64,000 bases of DNA from an uncultured Nitrososphaerales archaeon (GTDB lineage Archaea; Thermoproteota; Nitrososphaeria; Nitrososphaerales; Nitrososphaeraceae), in assembly GCA_963695855.1 (NCBI GenBank), contig CAVOHZ010000003.1:32001-96000 (forward strand), written 5' to 3'. Position numbers and translations under genes: made by a program. Every line of letters starts with the position of its first letter. Positions within the stretch are counted from its first letter, which is position 1. Shown piece after piece: positions 63,640-64,000 of the stretch. The notes under the pieces are model-generated. The model saw nothing but the letters and a program-made list of their open reading frames with translations, was not told where the DNA came from and searched no databases.

Positions 63640-64000
63640 CTATAATAACAACATCATCAAAACAATGATCATACCTGCGGCAAATACAAAAAGATAGGTC
63701 TGAGTAACTCCTGTCTGTGTAAACTTTACACATTTAGAGAGAAAAGTCATCGAAAATTGTATTGATGGATTAAGTCCTTGAGCAATCTTGCTTTCAAAAT
63801 ATTTCCATATTATACTGTAAAATTTTAATGGTATTTTTACAAATGCCCAATATAGTAGAGAATTAAGATACCATCTGTCATACAGGAACCTCCATACAGA
63901 CTGAGTAAGACCTGAATGAGATATAACTGCAGGATCTCTTGTCCTAGTTATATAAAATATTATTCCCAAGCCAGCTCCTATTCCAAATGCAAGAACTGAA
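63640..64000 (-). CDS. nuoL: NADH-quinone oxidoreductase subunit L, C-terminal part (runs off the window)
   Basis: FLYDRWYLN and QTG..QTYL C-terminal motifs; immediately upstream of nuoN. Confidence 0.85.
   Translation of the reverse strand, partial: SVLAFGIGAGLGIIFYITRTRDPAVISHSGLTQSVWRFLYDRWYLNSLLYWAFVKIPLKFYSIIWKYFESKIAQGLNPSIQFSMTFLSKCVKFTQTGVTQTYLFVFAAGMIIVLMMLLL

Noticed and set aside
1786-63697. Antisense or overlapping track ORFs (e.g. 1786-2022, 4817-5101, 10193-10495, 14046-14273, 17482-17730, 23464-23799, 39444-39800, 45761-46129, 54213-54515, 55041-55331, 62660-63697)
   Set aside because: They are shadows of well-supported genes on the other strand or in another frame, with no motifs of their own.

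Overview
AT-rich archaeal DNA whose gene content (aRF1, archaeal tRNAs, DUF6659, nuoL/nuoN, Nitrososphaerales-type integrases) suggests a Nitrososphaerota ammonia oxidiser, probably Nitrosocosmicus-like (inference). 0-13 kb: four secreted purple-acid-phosphatase-type metallophosphoesterases, a frameshifted GT-C glycosyltransferase, an NHL propeller and IS debris (DDE, IS6, two IS110-like remnants). 13-32 kb: scattered core genes (orphan nuoB, radical SAM, aRF1, HTH-CBS, dodecin) among pseudogenes and unannotated microproteins. About 34.0-59.6 kb: an island at a tRNA(CAT, probably Ile2), bounded by a 19-bp direct repeat, with three integrase remnants in or beside it. Eight same-strand units of two conserved motif types, six fused to 3' ends of different tRNAs, divide it into mostly 1.3-4.2 kb cassette-like modules. 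Cargo includes two adenylate cyclase-receiver genes, each downstream of a phasin-like gene, a MASE3-type histidine kinase, and a TIR-transmembrane-NHL receptor with near-identical, shuffled 141-bp repeats. The right end is core genome: CADD-like protein, intron-containing tRNA-Glu, polyprenyl synthase, nuoN and partial nuoL. All calls come from reading the sequence by eye; no database searches were run, and pseudogene boundaries are approximate.
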